Assembly: GCA_965369865.1 (NCBI GenBank)
Contig: CBDURU010000017.1
Location: 1 to 45,728, forward strand
DNA length: 45,728 nt
Direction: 5' to 3'
Source of the DNA: an uncultured bacterium
GTDB taxonomy: Bacteria > JAJVIF01 > JAPKYR01
Shown here: positions 1-9,973 of the stretch, one piece after another
Layout of the letters: each line of letters starts with the position of its first letter
Numbering within the stretch: the stretch's first letter is position 1
Position numbers and translations under genes: made by a program
Notes under the pieces: generated by a model
Database searches by the model: none
Told to the model about the DNA's origin: nothing
The model's input: only the letters and a program-made list of their open reading frames with translations

Positions 1-109
1 TCAATTTTCAGCAATGCCCGATTAGTATTGCAGTTGAAACCTTAAGTTAGTGCCAGTGGGGACAGTGACCTATTTAATTTTATTTATATATTCCCTATTT
101 CCTCACTTC

Positions 110-2431
110 TTACTGCTGCTGGTGCACAATCGGGTACGATTCAAGATCGAACATCTCGTATTCCGCGTCCTCGAACCTTGATAACCCGAATGCAAGCGAG
201 GTGGCTATTAACGGGTAATCGGGATCGGATGTAAGTATTGGGGGGTTTGTATCTGTAAGATCGCGGCGGATCGAACCATCGTCGTTTACAAAAAGCATCA
301 GCCTTTCATTCGCGGACCAGGCACCCGCCAGCGCGTTCGCCTGCCCGATAATATAAAAGAAATGCCCGAGCGGCCAGTCGAAAAGCGGGGTGCGATAGAC
401 ATCCATATCGTATCCAAGCTCATCGAGTTCCCATTTCCGCCATGGCCCGAAATCCGCAAGTGCTGCGAGCGAAAGTCCCTGTGCGACAAAATCGATCTCC
501 CCGGAAAGCTCCCCGGCCCCGCCGACCATACCGTTCGCGTCCTGCCAGATATGGCAGTACGCGACAAGCAGACGGTATTGCCGCCTCAGAAGAGGGTACA
601 GCTCCGGCGCATGGTCCGGGTTTGATTCAGCGAGTGTCCTCTCGATCCCCCACAGCAACCATTGGATATCGCGCATCGATATTTCCCGCTCCGTAAAAAT
701 TTCATTGTCGTCGTCGCGGTAGAAATAATCATCGATGAAATCATTCAGGCCGGGTGTAAATACTCTGTCACGGCCCTGATATTGTGCCAGTGTATTAAGG
801 ATGATGTTGTACGCCCAGCGTGTGGCATATTCATTGTCATGCTCCATGCCATATGCGGCCGCGAGCGGTGCGATCAGGGCGATTTCCTCGATCTTCATTT
901 CGGGTTGTGGGTTTGAAAAATCAATCAGCCTTGTCTGCCGTGCCACGTCGAGTCTGAACCATGGCATCATCTGGTATATTGAATCCTGGTCAGGATCCAA
1001 TTCCCTGCTGAGGACCAGGAAAGGGTAGGCGAGTAGAAGGTCCTCATATCCGCCTACAGCATCGGTACCCTGTTGCTCGTTCCCGTTCAGGCAGGCTGAT
1101 GCCAGGGACGAAATTGAAGCGCCTGATTCTCCCGCTTTATCCGGATAATTTCGCATCCTGTTCACCATCGCCATTGTCAGCATGGCAGTCTCGACGTTAT
1201 TCCCCCATACACTTTCAGGGGTCTCGTCGATTAATTTATCCAGGAGGATGCCAACCGTGTCCCGGACATCTACATTTTCCCTGTCTTTGGCAACCAGAGT
1301 TGTCGTGGGTGTTATTCGCTGCTCTGGAAGGTTTTCAGGATGCTCGAAAATCTCCATCATCGGTTCACCCGTACTTCCGGGAGTCGAGAATCCGAGCGCT
1401 TTTCCGAGTGTGGCTGCAAGGTCGGTTTCATAGTGAAGCGTATCGGATACGAAATTCCTTTTGATTCCCGGACCGATCAACAGCATGAATGAATGTTGGC
1501 AGCCGTCGCAGAAACATCCGTGGTGAGCGAATCCCCCGCGCTCAGGTATGTGGCGTCCATGATCTGTTGTGACAATAAAATATGTATTGTCCCGGTATCT
1601 CGACTCCGCCTGCAACGCTTCCCACATCGTGTATACATGCCTGTCAGCCCAGCGGATCGCGTCGACATAATAATGCCACTCAACCTCATGTCCCGCTTCA
1701 TCGACATCACCGAGATTTATAAAAACGATGTTCGGTTTGAGGTCGGGGATTTTCGCGCGGAAATAATCTGTCACCTCGATATCCCTCATTCGGTCTTTCA
1801 GGAAAATATCCTCATCGGGGTACCGTCCGCACGATGATTGGTCGAGTGAGTAAAGAAGGTCCTTTCCCACATAGATCGACGTTGCCTCGGGCGGGAAATC
1901 CATCGCGCTGTCCACAAGGCCGTTGATTTCACGAATGCTGTCAGAACCGGGCTTAAAAATCCCCGATGGAACTCTCGTGATTTCCTCAATAGCCGATTCG
2001 ACATAATCCATTCGCGCGTCGCGGTAGTATTCCATGAAAGTGGGAAACACCGGGCGCATATGTCCGTCGTTCGGCACAGTCGAGACCCGTCCGGTCAACA
2101 TTGCCGTATGCGCCGATGTTGTCGCGGTGGGTGACGCGATCCGGAAATTGGTGAGGAGCGTACCCCTTGGCCTCAAATCGTTCCAGATATGGGGGATGAA
2201 CTCGTCTTCCGCACCGATTCCTTCCTTGTAACGAAGGCCGTCGATAACGATAACAACCACAGCAGCCTTATCGTAGGGGTTGGTCTGGAGGAGGTTGACG
2301 ATACCTTCAGAGACACTCTGTCGGTAATTTTCCTGCCATGCGGAATTCGAGCGGGAATAGAGGATTGTGAAAAGGCCACCGACAACAATAACCACGATGA
2401 TTATTAAAATTTTAAGCTTTCCGCGGTGCAT
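110..2431 (-). CDS. Membrane-anchored alkaline phosphatase superfamily metalloenzyme with a large uncharacterised C-terminal helical domain
   Basis: 773-aa ORF; N-terminal TM helix; AlkP-superfamily motifs VIVIDGLR, ATTSAHTAMLTG (Thr nucleophile region), DVDEAGH, TTDHG and HHG. Confidence 0.7.
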   Translation of the reverse strand: MHRGKLKILIIIVVIVVGGLFTILYSRSNSAWQENYRQSVSEGIVNLLQTNPYDKAAVVVIVIDGLRYKEGIGAEDEFIPHIWNDLRPRGTLLTNFRIASPTATTSAHTAMLTGRVSTVPNDGHMRPVFPTFMEYYRDARMDYVESAIEEITRVPSGIFKPGSDSIREINGLVDSAMDFPPEATSIYVGKDLLYSLDQSSCGRYPDEDIFLKDRMRDIEVTDYFRAKIPDLKPNIVFINLGDVDEAGHEVEWHYYVDAIRWADRHVYTMWEALQAESRYRDNTYFIVTTDHGRHIPERGGFAHHGCFCDGCQHSFMLLIGPGIKRNFVSDTLHYETDLAATLGKALGFSTPGSTGEPMMEIFEHPENLPEQRITPTTTLVAKDRENVDVRDTVGILLDKLIDETPESVWGNNVETAMLTMAMVNRMRNYPDKAGESGASISSLASACLNGNEQQGTDAVGGYEDLLLAYPFLVLSRELDPDQDSIYQMMPWFRLDVARQTRLIDFSNPQPEMKIEEIALIAPLAAAYGMEHDNEYATRWAYNIILNTLAQYQGRDRVFTPGLNDFIDDYFYRDDDNEIFTEREISMRDIQWLLWGIERTLAESNPDHAPELYPLLRRQYRLLVAYCHIWQDANGMVGGAGELSGEIDFVAQGLSLAALADFGPWRKWELDELGYDMDVYRTPLFDWPLGHFFYIIGQANALAGAWSANERLMLFVNDDGSIRRDLTDTNPPILTSDPDYPLIATSLAFGLSRFEDAEYEMFDLESYPIVHQQQ

Positions 2432-2634
2432 GAGTTTTAAGTGTTAGATGATTACCGGATGTATTTCAATGTAGAACGTGTATACCAGGAAATCGTTAAA
2501 ATATTATAACATGCGGGAGTTACAAATATATTGCGTCAGCATGGGATCTGTCCCCGCCATTTTCAAGCAGTCTCCCCCGCCTTTTTGCTATAATTCCCAT
2601 TCACGTTCAATTCCAACAGGGAGGACAATTAGAA

Positions 2635-3267
2635 ATGCTCCGTACGAAAACAGTCGATGATTTCCTTAAAGTACTCGCAAGCGACGCGCCTACACCAGGC
2701 GGTGGGTCTGTCGCCGCGTTGAGTGGTGCGCTCGGATGCGCCCTTTTTATAATGGTCCTCGATCTCACGATCGGGAAGAAAAAATACCTCGAAGTGACGC
2801 CCGACCTTGAAGTCCTGAGACCCGAAATCGAAAGCCTGCAGGAGGAGCTTACCGATTCTATCGACCGCGACGCTAAGGCATACGATACTTTCACCGCGGC
2901 ACGCCAGCTCCCGAAATCAACCGATGAGGAAAAGGCCGTACGCCGGGAAGCGATGCAGGCAGCCATGAAAACCGCCGCCGAAACTCCCAAGGCGACCGCC
3001 CGCTACATTCACCAGGCAATGAAAATGGGCATGGAAATCGCCCGGAAAGGTAATGTCAATGTCCTGAGCGATACCGGCGTCGGCATGTCCTGCCTCATGA
3101 CCGGCCTGATGAGCGCGTTGATGAATATCGCGATCAATCTCGGCGGCCTGAAAGATGAATCTTATGTTTCCCAGATGCGAGAGGAGATGGTGTTTCTCCA
3201 GGCTGAAGGTGTCAGGCTGACACATGAAGTGCTCGACTACGTCTATAAGGAAATCGGAGTCGAATAA
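2635..3267 (+). CDS. Cyclodeaminase/cyclohydrolase family protein (FTCD C-terminal-like)
   Basis: LASDAPTPGGGSVAAL, DRDAKAY and GNVNVLSD motifs; GGAGG RBS; TGCTATAAT extended -10 at ~2587-2595. Confidence 0.9.
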   Translation: MLRTKTVDDFLKVLASDAPTPGGGSVAALSGALGCALFIMVLDLTIGKKKYLEVTPDLEVLRPEIESLQEELTDSIDRDAKAYDTFTAARQLPKSTDEEKAVRREAMQAAMKTAAETPKATARYIHQAMKMGMEIARKGNVNVLSDTGVGMSCLMTGLMSALMNIAINLGGLKDESYVSQMREEMVFLQAEGVRLTHEVLDYVYKEIGVE

Positions 3268-3282
3268 AACCGGTTTAACCGA

Positions 3283-5076
3283 ATGCGGAAAAAGCGCCCT
3301 AAAAAGAAAGTTGAACCCGTAAAAGAAAAAAAAATCGGGCAATTTACCCTTTTTTCAATCCTGATGTGTATTGCGGCAATCAGCCTGGGCAGTTTTATTT
3401 ATTTTCCCGTTGGCGATTCATGGACGCAGGGTTGGACTGTCCAGGAATGGATGGATGGGAATTTCGTCCTGAACGACTGGGCTTCGGCGCTGGCACTGCC
3501 GCAGCAGATACTTGGATGGGCAATTAATTTCGGAAACGATTCAGTCTCCTGGTCGGGGCTTTCGATCCTCACCGCGCTTGTCACAATGCTTGGATGTCTT
3601 CTGGCTGCACGTCTTCCTGCCCGGTTATTCCCACAATGGCCCGAGCTTACCGAATGGGCGCCGTTATTTACGTTTGTTTTACTGGCGCCAACATTCACGA
3701 TGAAAATCGCGGCGGGATTCATGACCGATGGGTACTACCTCTTTTTCCTTACCGCTTCGATGTACATTCTGCTTGGTATTATCGTAAAGCCGCCCCGCTG
3801 GTCGAATTCCGAGTGGACATGGAAATGGCTCGGATTCGCGGCCCTCGCGACTCTTGCGGCTCTGCAGCGAACGCATGGACTTCTGCTGCTGTTCGTTGTT
3901 GCCCTTTGGGTGCTTGTTGCGAAAATAGTCAGGCCGGATGATGAACTCGACGAAAATTTCAAAGGCTGGCGCGGCTGGTTTCCGGTCATTATTTCGATCC
4001 TTGGTTTTGCCTTCGCGCTTACAGTTTTAAAATATCCGGGCTTAGCACCTGCCAGAACGTCGGAAGTGACCCTTGAAATGAGAATATTCTGGGAGAAGCT
4101 CTTCGCATCTCCCGGTTTAGCACTGATCCGCCCGGACCTGTTAGTCGGAATCCTCCAGCATTTCGGGCTTGCGATGCTGCCAGTCATTTTTATCGCGAGA
4201 ATGCAAAAGGCAAGGGAAGAACGTGCCGGGGGAAAAAAAGTTGTCAACTGGTGGTATGTGTCGCTGGGTACGCTGTTTATCATACTCATGTTCATGGAAT
4301 GGACCAACAGGTTTAAAGCTGGCGTCAGTATCTGGTTTCCCTACGCGCCGAACAGCCTGTCACCGGAAGGATTCGGCCCGAGGTCGGACACGCTCGTACT
4401 CACAGCCGGGCACGAGCTGGCAACATGGATTCGATTCATACTCACGGTGCTTGGAACATGCGGCGGAATTTTCCTTGCCTGGTTATTATCACGGACTGTC
4501 AGGCTGAAAGGTGTGAACTGGAGATCGCCAGGCACTCTCATCACTCTGATCGGGCTGGCGCATATCGCGATTATTTTTGTGAACAAGAACTTTTTTGACC
4601 GCTACCTGTTGCCGATGATGCCGTTCGCGCTTATGTGGCTCGCGCCGTTATTAAAAAATACACCCGCAAAATCCCGGCTTCCCCTCTGGATTCTGACACT
4701 TGCACTACTCGCTTTCTCGCTCTGGGGAACCGCCGATTTCCTGGGATGGACCAGGGCAAAATGGGATATTTCAAACAGTGCGCATGAAATGGGAATGCCA
4801 CCGAGCCAGATCGTGGTCGGTTACGATGTGGATGGAATTTTCAACTACAGTAATGAAACATATCCTGGCCTTGTATTCGAGGGACGTCCGAACACCGGCG
4901 TATGGTGGGTCGACAGGCTCGGAATGCAAAACCTGCCATATTATATTGTTTTTGAAGAAGGAGCGGATCCATCGGGGACCTTTTGGAAAAATTACATCCG
5001 GACTGAAATTAGTAACGACAGGATGAGGGTCTGGGCGCATCCCGCAGTTTTTGAACAGCAGCAAAATGGGGAATAG
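3283..5076 (+). CDS. Polytopic membrane protein, probable GT-C fold glycosyltransferase
   Basis: Many hydrophobic segments; acidic GDSW motif after TM1; FMTD and FFDRYLLP motifs typical of GT-C-like proteins. Confidence 0.55.
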   Translation: MRKKRPKKKVEPVKEKKIGQFTLFSILMCIAAISLGSFIYFPVGDSWTQGWTVQEWMDGNFVLNDWASALALPQQILGWAINFGNDSVSWSGLSILTALVTMLGCLLAARLPARLFPQWPELTEWAPLFTFVLLAPTFTMKIAAGFMTDGYYLFFLTASMYILLGIIVKPPRWSNSEWTWKWLGFAALATLAALQRTHGLLLLFVVALWVLVAKIVRPDDELDENFKGWRGWFPVIISILGFAFALTVLKYPGLAPARTSEVTLEMRIFWEKLFASPGLALIRPDLLVGILQHFGLAMLPVIFIARMQKAREERAGGKKVVNWWYVSLGTLFIILMFMEWTNRFKAGVSIWFPYAPNSLSPEGFGPRSDTLVLTAGHELATWIRFILTVLGTCGGIFLAWLLSRTVRLKGVNWRSPGTLITLIGLAHIAIIFVNKNFFDRYLLPMMPFALMWLAPLLKNTPAKSRLPLWILTLALLAFSLWGTADFLGWTRAKWDISNSAHEMGMPPSQIVVGYDVDGIFNYSNETYPGLVFEGRPNTGVWWVDRLGMQNLPYYIVFEEGADPSGTFWKNYIRTEISNDRMRVWAHPAVFEQQQNGE

Positions 5077-5159
5077 GTCCAATAATCTGAAATTATACTG
5101 AAATGTCAGAAAAAGATGTCATTATTGTGCCGCGCATGGTTCGTGAATTATAAAAATAT

Positions 5160-5213
5160 GTAGGAACGCTGCTTGCTGCGTCCCTGATGGGCAGAGCAAG
5201 CACTGCCCCTACA
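5160..5213. repeat. GTAG-class REP pair
   Basis: gtaggaacgctgcttgctgcgtcc ... gggcagagcaagcactgcccctac; same family as the copies at 19855-19925. Confidence 0.7.
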
Positions 5214-5301
5214 AGTTTCGCAAACTTGAAATAAATAATTGCCCCTATCCTGTCTCTCTGCTATATTCCCCTTACCCGTTATTTACCGAGGTGTTCTGAA
5301 A

Positions 5302-7125
5302 ATGACCGAATTTGCGAAATTCGAGGAAGTCACCGGACCGATCAACAGGGAATTCCGTACCCATGTTTGCGGACAGCTTCGCGACGCCGATGCCGGGCAG
5401 AAAGTGCGGCTCTCCGGATGGGTTCACCACCGTAGGGATATGGGCGGAGTAATCTTTCTCGTTTTACGCGACAGGTTCGGAATCGTGCAAATCACATGCG
5501 ACCAGTCAATTTCTCCCGATGCTTATAAGATTGCGTCCGAGGTTAAAAATGAGTTCGTGGTCAGGGTTCGTGGAACCGTGGCCCGGCGTCCCGCGGGCCT
5601 GGAAAATCCGGACATGCCCACAGGTGAAATCGAGATCAAGGCTAAAGAAATTGAGATTCTCACGCCTGCCGAAACCACACCTCTCGTAATAGAGCAGGAA
5701 GGAAACGAGGAGCCGGCGTTTCGCTGGAAATACCGCTACCTTGAAATGCGCCGCCCCGATGTCCAGCGGCGGTTCATCGTGCGCGACAGGATCATAAAAT
5801 TCATCCGCGATTTCCATCACGATCGTGGATTTGTGGAGATTGAAACCCCGATCCTGTGCAAGTCCACCCCCGAAGGAAGCCGCGACTATCTTGTGCCGTC
5901 ACGCATCGAGCACGGGAGTTTCTACGCGCTGCCTCAAAGTCCGCAGATGTTTAAGCAGCTCTCGATGATCGCGGGATTCGATAAGTATTTCCAGATCGCG
6001 AAATGTTTCCGCGATGAGGACCTTCGCGCGAATCGTTCACCGGAATTTACCCAGCTCGATGTCGAGATGAGTTTTGTCGATGAGGAGGACATTTACAGCC
6101 ACACCGAGGACATGATGGTCGGGCTTATAAGTCAGATTACCGGGCTGAGTGTCCAGGCGCCGTTCATGCGAATGACATACTGGGAAGCGATGGAGAAATA
6201 CGGCACCGACAAACCCGACCTGCGTTTCGATCTCCCGATCATAGATATATCCCAGGCGTTTAAAAATACCGAATTTAAAATCTTCCGGTCCATCATTGAT
6301 TCCGGCGGCACGATCCGATGTATCCACCTTGCCGGAGCGCAGCCATCGAGGAAGGAGATCGAAAATTTCCAGGGGGATGCTGCAAAGGGTGGCGCGAAAG
6401 GTCTCGCCTGGATTGCGTACGAGGATGAAAAAATTCGGAGCGCAATGGGTAAACATGTAACTCAAGAAGAATTCCTAAGTGTAAAGGAACTAACAAAAGC
6501 TGATAGTGGGGATTGCGTATTAATCGTAGCCGGTGAAAAGAAGCTCGTTTTTGAAAGCCTCGGCTACCTCCGTAACGCCCTTGCGAAATTCTATGATCTT
6601 GTTGAGCCTGATGTTTACCGGCTGTGCTGGGTGACCGATTTCCCAATGTTCGAGTTTTCAGACTACGAGGGGAAGATCGTCAGCCAGCATCACCCGTTCA
6701 CACAGCCGAATGCCGAACAGTGGCAGGCATGGCTGGACGCAGGAAAACCCATGGAAGGCGATCTGCTCTACGGGATGCTCTCCCGCTCCTATGACATCGT
6801 CCTGAACGGTGATGAGATCGGCGGAGGCTCGATCAGGATCCACGATCCCGGCCAGCAGTCTGAGATATTCAGGATCCTCGGCCTTTCGGAAGATGAATTG
6901 AATGAAAAATTCGGGTTCTTTATTGAGGCTTTGAAATATGGCACCCCACCACATGGCGGGATCGCTCCGGGCATCGACAGGATCGTCATGCATCTACTGG
7001 GGGAGGACAGTATCGCTGAATGCATGGCGTTCCCGAAAACCCTCAAAGCCGCCGACATAATGATGGGCTCGCCATCGCCGATCGGCGATGAACAGCTTCG
7101 CGATCTCGGCCTGAAATTGATCTGA
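5302..7125 (+). CDS. aspS: Aspartate--tRNA ligase
   Basis: RTHVCG, GWVHHRRDMGG, YALPQSPQMFKQ, CFRDEDLR, EFTQLDVEMSF, GGGSIRIH, PPHGGIAPGIDR; ATG at 5302 follows a GAGGTG RBS (the ORF track starts at 5239). Confidence 0.98.
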   Translation: MTEFAKFEEVTGPINREFRTHVCGQLRDADAGQKVRLSGWVHHRRDMGGVIFLVLRDRFGIVQITCDQSISPDAYKIASEVKNEFVVRVRGTVARRPAGLENPDMPTGEIEIKAKEIEILTPAETTPLVIEQEGNEEPAFRWKYRYLEMRRPDVQRRFIVRDRIIKFIRDFHHDRGFVEIETPILCKSTPEGSRDYLVPSRIEHGSFYALPQSPQMFKQLSMIAGFDKYFQIAKCFRDEDLRANRSPEFTQLDVEMSFVDEEDIYSHTEDMMVGLISQITGLSVQAPFMRMTYWEAMEKYGTDKPDLRFDLPIIDISQAFKNTEFKIFRSIIDSGGTIRCIHLAGAQPSRKEIENFQGDAAKGGAKGLAWIAYEDEKIRSAMGKHVTQEEFLSVKELTKADSGDCVLIVAGEKKLVFESLGYLRNALAKFYDLVEPDVYRLCWVTDFPMFEFSDYEGKIVSQHHPFTQPNAEQWQAWLDAGKPMEGDLLYGMLSRSYDIVLNGDEIGGGSIRIHDPGQQSEIFRILGLSEDELNEKFGFFIEALKYGTPPHGGIAPGIDRIVMHLLGEDSIAECMAFPKTLKAADIMMGSPSPIGDEQLRDLGLKLI

Positions 7126-7174
7126 CAATTAATCCTGCCCGCTACCCTCTCATAGAAACAGAATCCCGTGCTAT

Positions 7175-7237
7175 CACCCACAGACACGCCTTCCGCCGTC
7201 GCACTTGCTTTGGCGGAATTGTCGCTCAGTCTGTGGG
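7175..7237. repeat. 63-bp palindromic direct repeat, copy 1
   Basis: Matches 7500-7562 with 3 mismatches; outer stem cccacagac/gtctgtggg, inner stem ttccgcc/ggcggaa. Confidence 0.85.
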
Positions 7238-7292
7238 GCCTGTATCAAAACCACTTGTAACAGAGCCGTTTGTTTCAGTACCACGACCGTAA

Positions 7293-7432
7293 GGGGTTGT
7301 TGAAAAAGTACTAAATCCCGTAGCGCAGGACGCCGGCCTGCAGTACCGCGGACGGCCCGTCCGCATGGAGAGCGGTATCGGAAGTTTTGATCCCTTGTGA
7401 TTTTTCAGTCTAATAACTTTTTCAACAACCCC
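7293..7432. mobile_element. 140-bp non-autonomous miniature inverted-repeat element (MITE) with IS5/IS1182-like ends
   Basis: Perfect 17-bp terminal inverted repeats GGGGTTGTTGAAAAAGT (7293-7309) / ACTTTTTCAACAACCCC (7416-7432), flanked by a 4-bp GTAA duplication (7289-7292, 7433-7436). Family assignment is tentative. Confidence 0.8.
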
Positions 7433-7499
7433 GTAAGTGAGTGGTTTACCAACTACCACTTTAGTATATTCTACAACGAATCTGTAATGTGATTCTCAC

Positions 7500-7562
7500 C
7501 ACCCACATACACGCCTTCCGCCGTCGCGCTTGCTTTGGCGGAATTATCGCTCAGTCTGTGGG
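7500..7562. repeat. 63-bp palindromic direct repeat, copy 2
   Basis: Near-identical to 7175-7237. Confidence 0.85.
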
Positions 7563-7655
7563 AGGCAGCCGTCTTTTGTGATTCGCATTTCAAATTCATG
7601 TCTATAATATTACGTACAAACTCAGGGACGAATCTGTAGGGGAACCAGTATTCGT

Positions 7656-9131
7656 TTACTGGCTAAGCATCGCTAGAGCATCTCTAGCCGAATTGGCTTT
7701 ATAAGAATCAGAATCGTTAAGTAATCCCTCTAATACAGAAATTGCTTCTTCGGAGTTCGGGTCTATTCTTAGCAGTGCAGCACCGGCATCAACCATGTTC
7801 AAATTGAAAGGATCCTGTAGAATAATTAATAAATCATGTTTAGCGGCTTCTGCATCGGGCCCGATTGCACCTAGAGCATCCATGGCAGACCTAACAGTAA
7901 AAATGTCTGAATCATGAAGAAGTGCGATCAAGTCAGGGACAGCATTCTTTGCTGCTGGTCCGATCATGCTGATTGAATCGAGTGCAATTCCCTGGATACC
8001 CTTATCATTACTGTGAAGTGCATCGATGAGAAAAGATACTACGTTATCATCTTCGGATCCGATCCTTTTTAAAGCATACATTATGGCATAGCGTATAATT
8101 GAATCCGGGTCCTCGGTCCTGAATATTTCGATCAAAACGGGAACTGCATGCTCCGCGTATTCAGTAAAAACCCCAATACGTTTTGCTGCCTGAAATTTAT
8201 AGTAAGGATCTTGATTCTGTAATAATTCAATAAACACATCCAGAGCCCGTTGATGGTCCTCATTAAAAATATTCATATCGGAGCTAACCATGCCAACATA
8301 GGTTGCAGCTTCAATCCGAACATCGATATCCTGATCTTGGAGAAGTGGTAATATTAGTTCCAAATGATTTTCGACATATCCGTTATATATATATGCTTTA
8401 TTCAGGGCTTGCATGCCAACAAGCTTGAGTTTCTGATCATCTTCCTGAAGAAGTTCAATAATATTTGGCATAAATTCACCGAGCAATATATTATTGCCCC
8501 TAACTGTCCTCGCCGCACAATAGCGAACCTTCGGATCCTCATGATCAAACGCCATCTCTATACTTGGTATAAGAGATTCCAGGATATCAGGATTTTCAAC
8601 CCCAACGTACACTACATATGCAATGTTCATATTCAGAAGCAGGTTGTCGTCGCTCCATTCATCCAGGAGTGCCTGATTGATTTCATCAATGCTCATGGGC
8701 TCATCATGTTCCCTCATGACCATGAACAGGAATGCCATATATGCGGCCTCACTCGTAAATTCATCGGGATTACCAAGCTGGCTGATTAATTCAGTCATTA
8801 CTTCAGGCTTTGAACCTATTAAGCCAAGTGATATTGTCGCCATTTGACGAATATACGGATCATTATCACTAACTAGGCTAATTATCGTTTCTATTTTATC
8901 CGGTGTGTTCCAGTCACGTATAATCTCTTCTCCAATCACCGAGCTCAGAGAAAGGCCACTCTCAAAATCAATTGAACCGTCAGTACTCCGTCGGATATTG
9001 TTAGGAGATGACAATTTGCTAATTAGCTCACGGCATGTATCCTCTAAACCACTCTCACTTTCAGCAATGCAGGAGTTTGCGAAGATTACACAGATGATGA
9101 GAGCTGACAATATTTTGATTTGCTTTAACAT
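7656..9131 (-). CDS. Exported HEAT-repeat (PBS lyase-like) protein
   Basis: N-terminal signal peptide; repeated D-x-D-P-x-V/I-R-x-x-A-A and ALGAIGPDAEAA-type units. Confidence 0.85.
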   Translation of the reverse strand: MLKQIKILSALIICVIFANSCIAESESGLEDTCRELISKLSSPNNIRRSTDGSIDFESGLSLSSVIGEEIIRDWNTPDKIETIISLVSDNDPYIRQMATISLGLIGSKPEVMTELISQLGNPDEFTSEAAYMAFLFMVMREHDEPMSIDEINQALLDEWSDDNLLLNMNIAYVVYVGVENPDILESLIPSIEMAFDHEDPKVRYCAARTVRGNNILLGEFMPNIIELLQEDDQKLKLVGMQALNKAYIYNGYVENHLELILPLLQDQDIDVRIEAATYVGMVSSDMNIFNEDHQRALDVFIELLQNQDPYYKFQAAKRIGVFTEYAEHAVPVLIEIFRTEDPDSIIRYAIMYALKRIGSEDDNVVSFLIDALHSNDKGIQGIALDSISMIGPAAKNAVPDLIALLHDSDIFTVRSAMDALGAIGPDAEAAKHDLLIILQDPFNLNMVDAGAALLRIDPNSEEAISVLEGLLNDSDSYKANSARDALAMLSQ

Positions 9132-9227
9132 CCTTTTTCCTATCTGTAATTATTTCATTTTTCACCAGGCATGCAAATAAATGGTGTAGGCAAGAAGTTT
9201 TAATTTAAGTTTTATACAACGCAATTC

Positions 9228-9734
9228 TCAATTATATGGCTCTGACCTGTAAAAAATATTTACGGTGGTCTTGTTCTGAGATATCATAATCATGAATTCA
9301 ACTGTCTCAGGTTCATCAATTAGAAAAATATGACGCATTTCCCCTGTTGTTACCCAGAGGCGGCTATTATCCCTGCTCCATCCATCGAGATCGGCATAGA
9401 ATTCCTGTGTTTCATCAAGATCGACATTTCCAGTTATATAAGTCATAAGTAACTTCCCTCCACGAGCTACACCACTATGAGAGACAGTCAACCCATCCAT
9501 AATTGGAATGCTGTCTGGCCATCCTGGAGGGAGTCGCCAGGGGATAGATTCTGCATGATCCGGGTCCTCCGATGATGATAGCGTTTGAGGTTCTTGTTCA
9601 GGATCCGTTGTTTCTTGAATGGGCAGTAGTGGGCGATCATCAGTTTCTTGCGTTGGATTTTTATTAGTACAGGCTGGAAGAAATATTAGCAAACACAGGA
9701 CGGGAATAATGTAAATGATAAATGGTATTCTCAT
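9228..9734 (-). CDS. Hypothetical lipoprotein, paralog of 17261-17716
   Basis: Lipobox-like LPAC; GGAGG RBS; shares PxGWxxSIP and FYxxxxGW motifs with 17261-17716. Confidence 0.7.
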   Translation of the reverse strand: MRIPFIIYIIPVLCLLIFLPACTNKNPTQETDDRPLLPIQETTDPEQEPQTLSSSEDPDHAESIPWRLPPGWPDSIPIMDGLTVSHSGVARGGKLLMTYITGNVDLDETQEFYADLDGWSRDNSRLWVTTGEMRHIFLIDEPETVEFMIMISQNKTTVNIFYRSEPYN

Positions 9735-9855
9735 AACTATCCTCCAGTTGTTTATTTAAGATAACAGAACCCATATCAAATAGATATGGGCCTACCGATC
9801 TTATGCACGTGTACAGCAATTGGAGTTTATTGGGGGAGTCACCATAAGGTCAAGC

Positions 9856-9973
9856 ACCTCCAAAATCGCTCCGCGATTGTGGAGGCGGCACCGGGGATTG
9901 TGGAGGCGACACCGGGGATTGGATTTTGATCAATTAACCCCATAACAATTAACCCCATATCAATTATCCCCAT
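9856..9973. repeat. REP-like hairpin plus short tandem repeats at the phoU 3' end
   Basis: Hairpin cctccaaaatcgc/gcgattgtggagg; a 21-bp unit gattgtggaggcg(g/a)caccggg twice; a 15-bp unit caatta(a/t)ccccat three times (9931, 9946, 9961). Confidence 0.7.

Noticed and set aside
5302..5620. Assigning AspRS as discriminating or non-discriminating
   Set aside because: The diagnostic position reads RDMG, neither the typical RDHG nor RDLG, so it cannot be called by eye.
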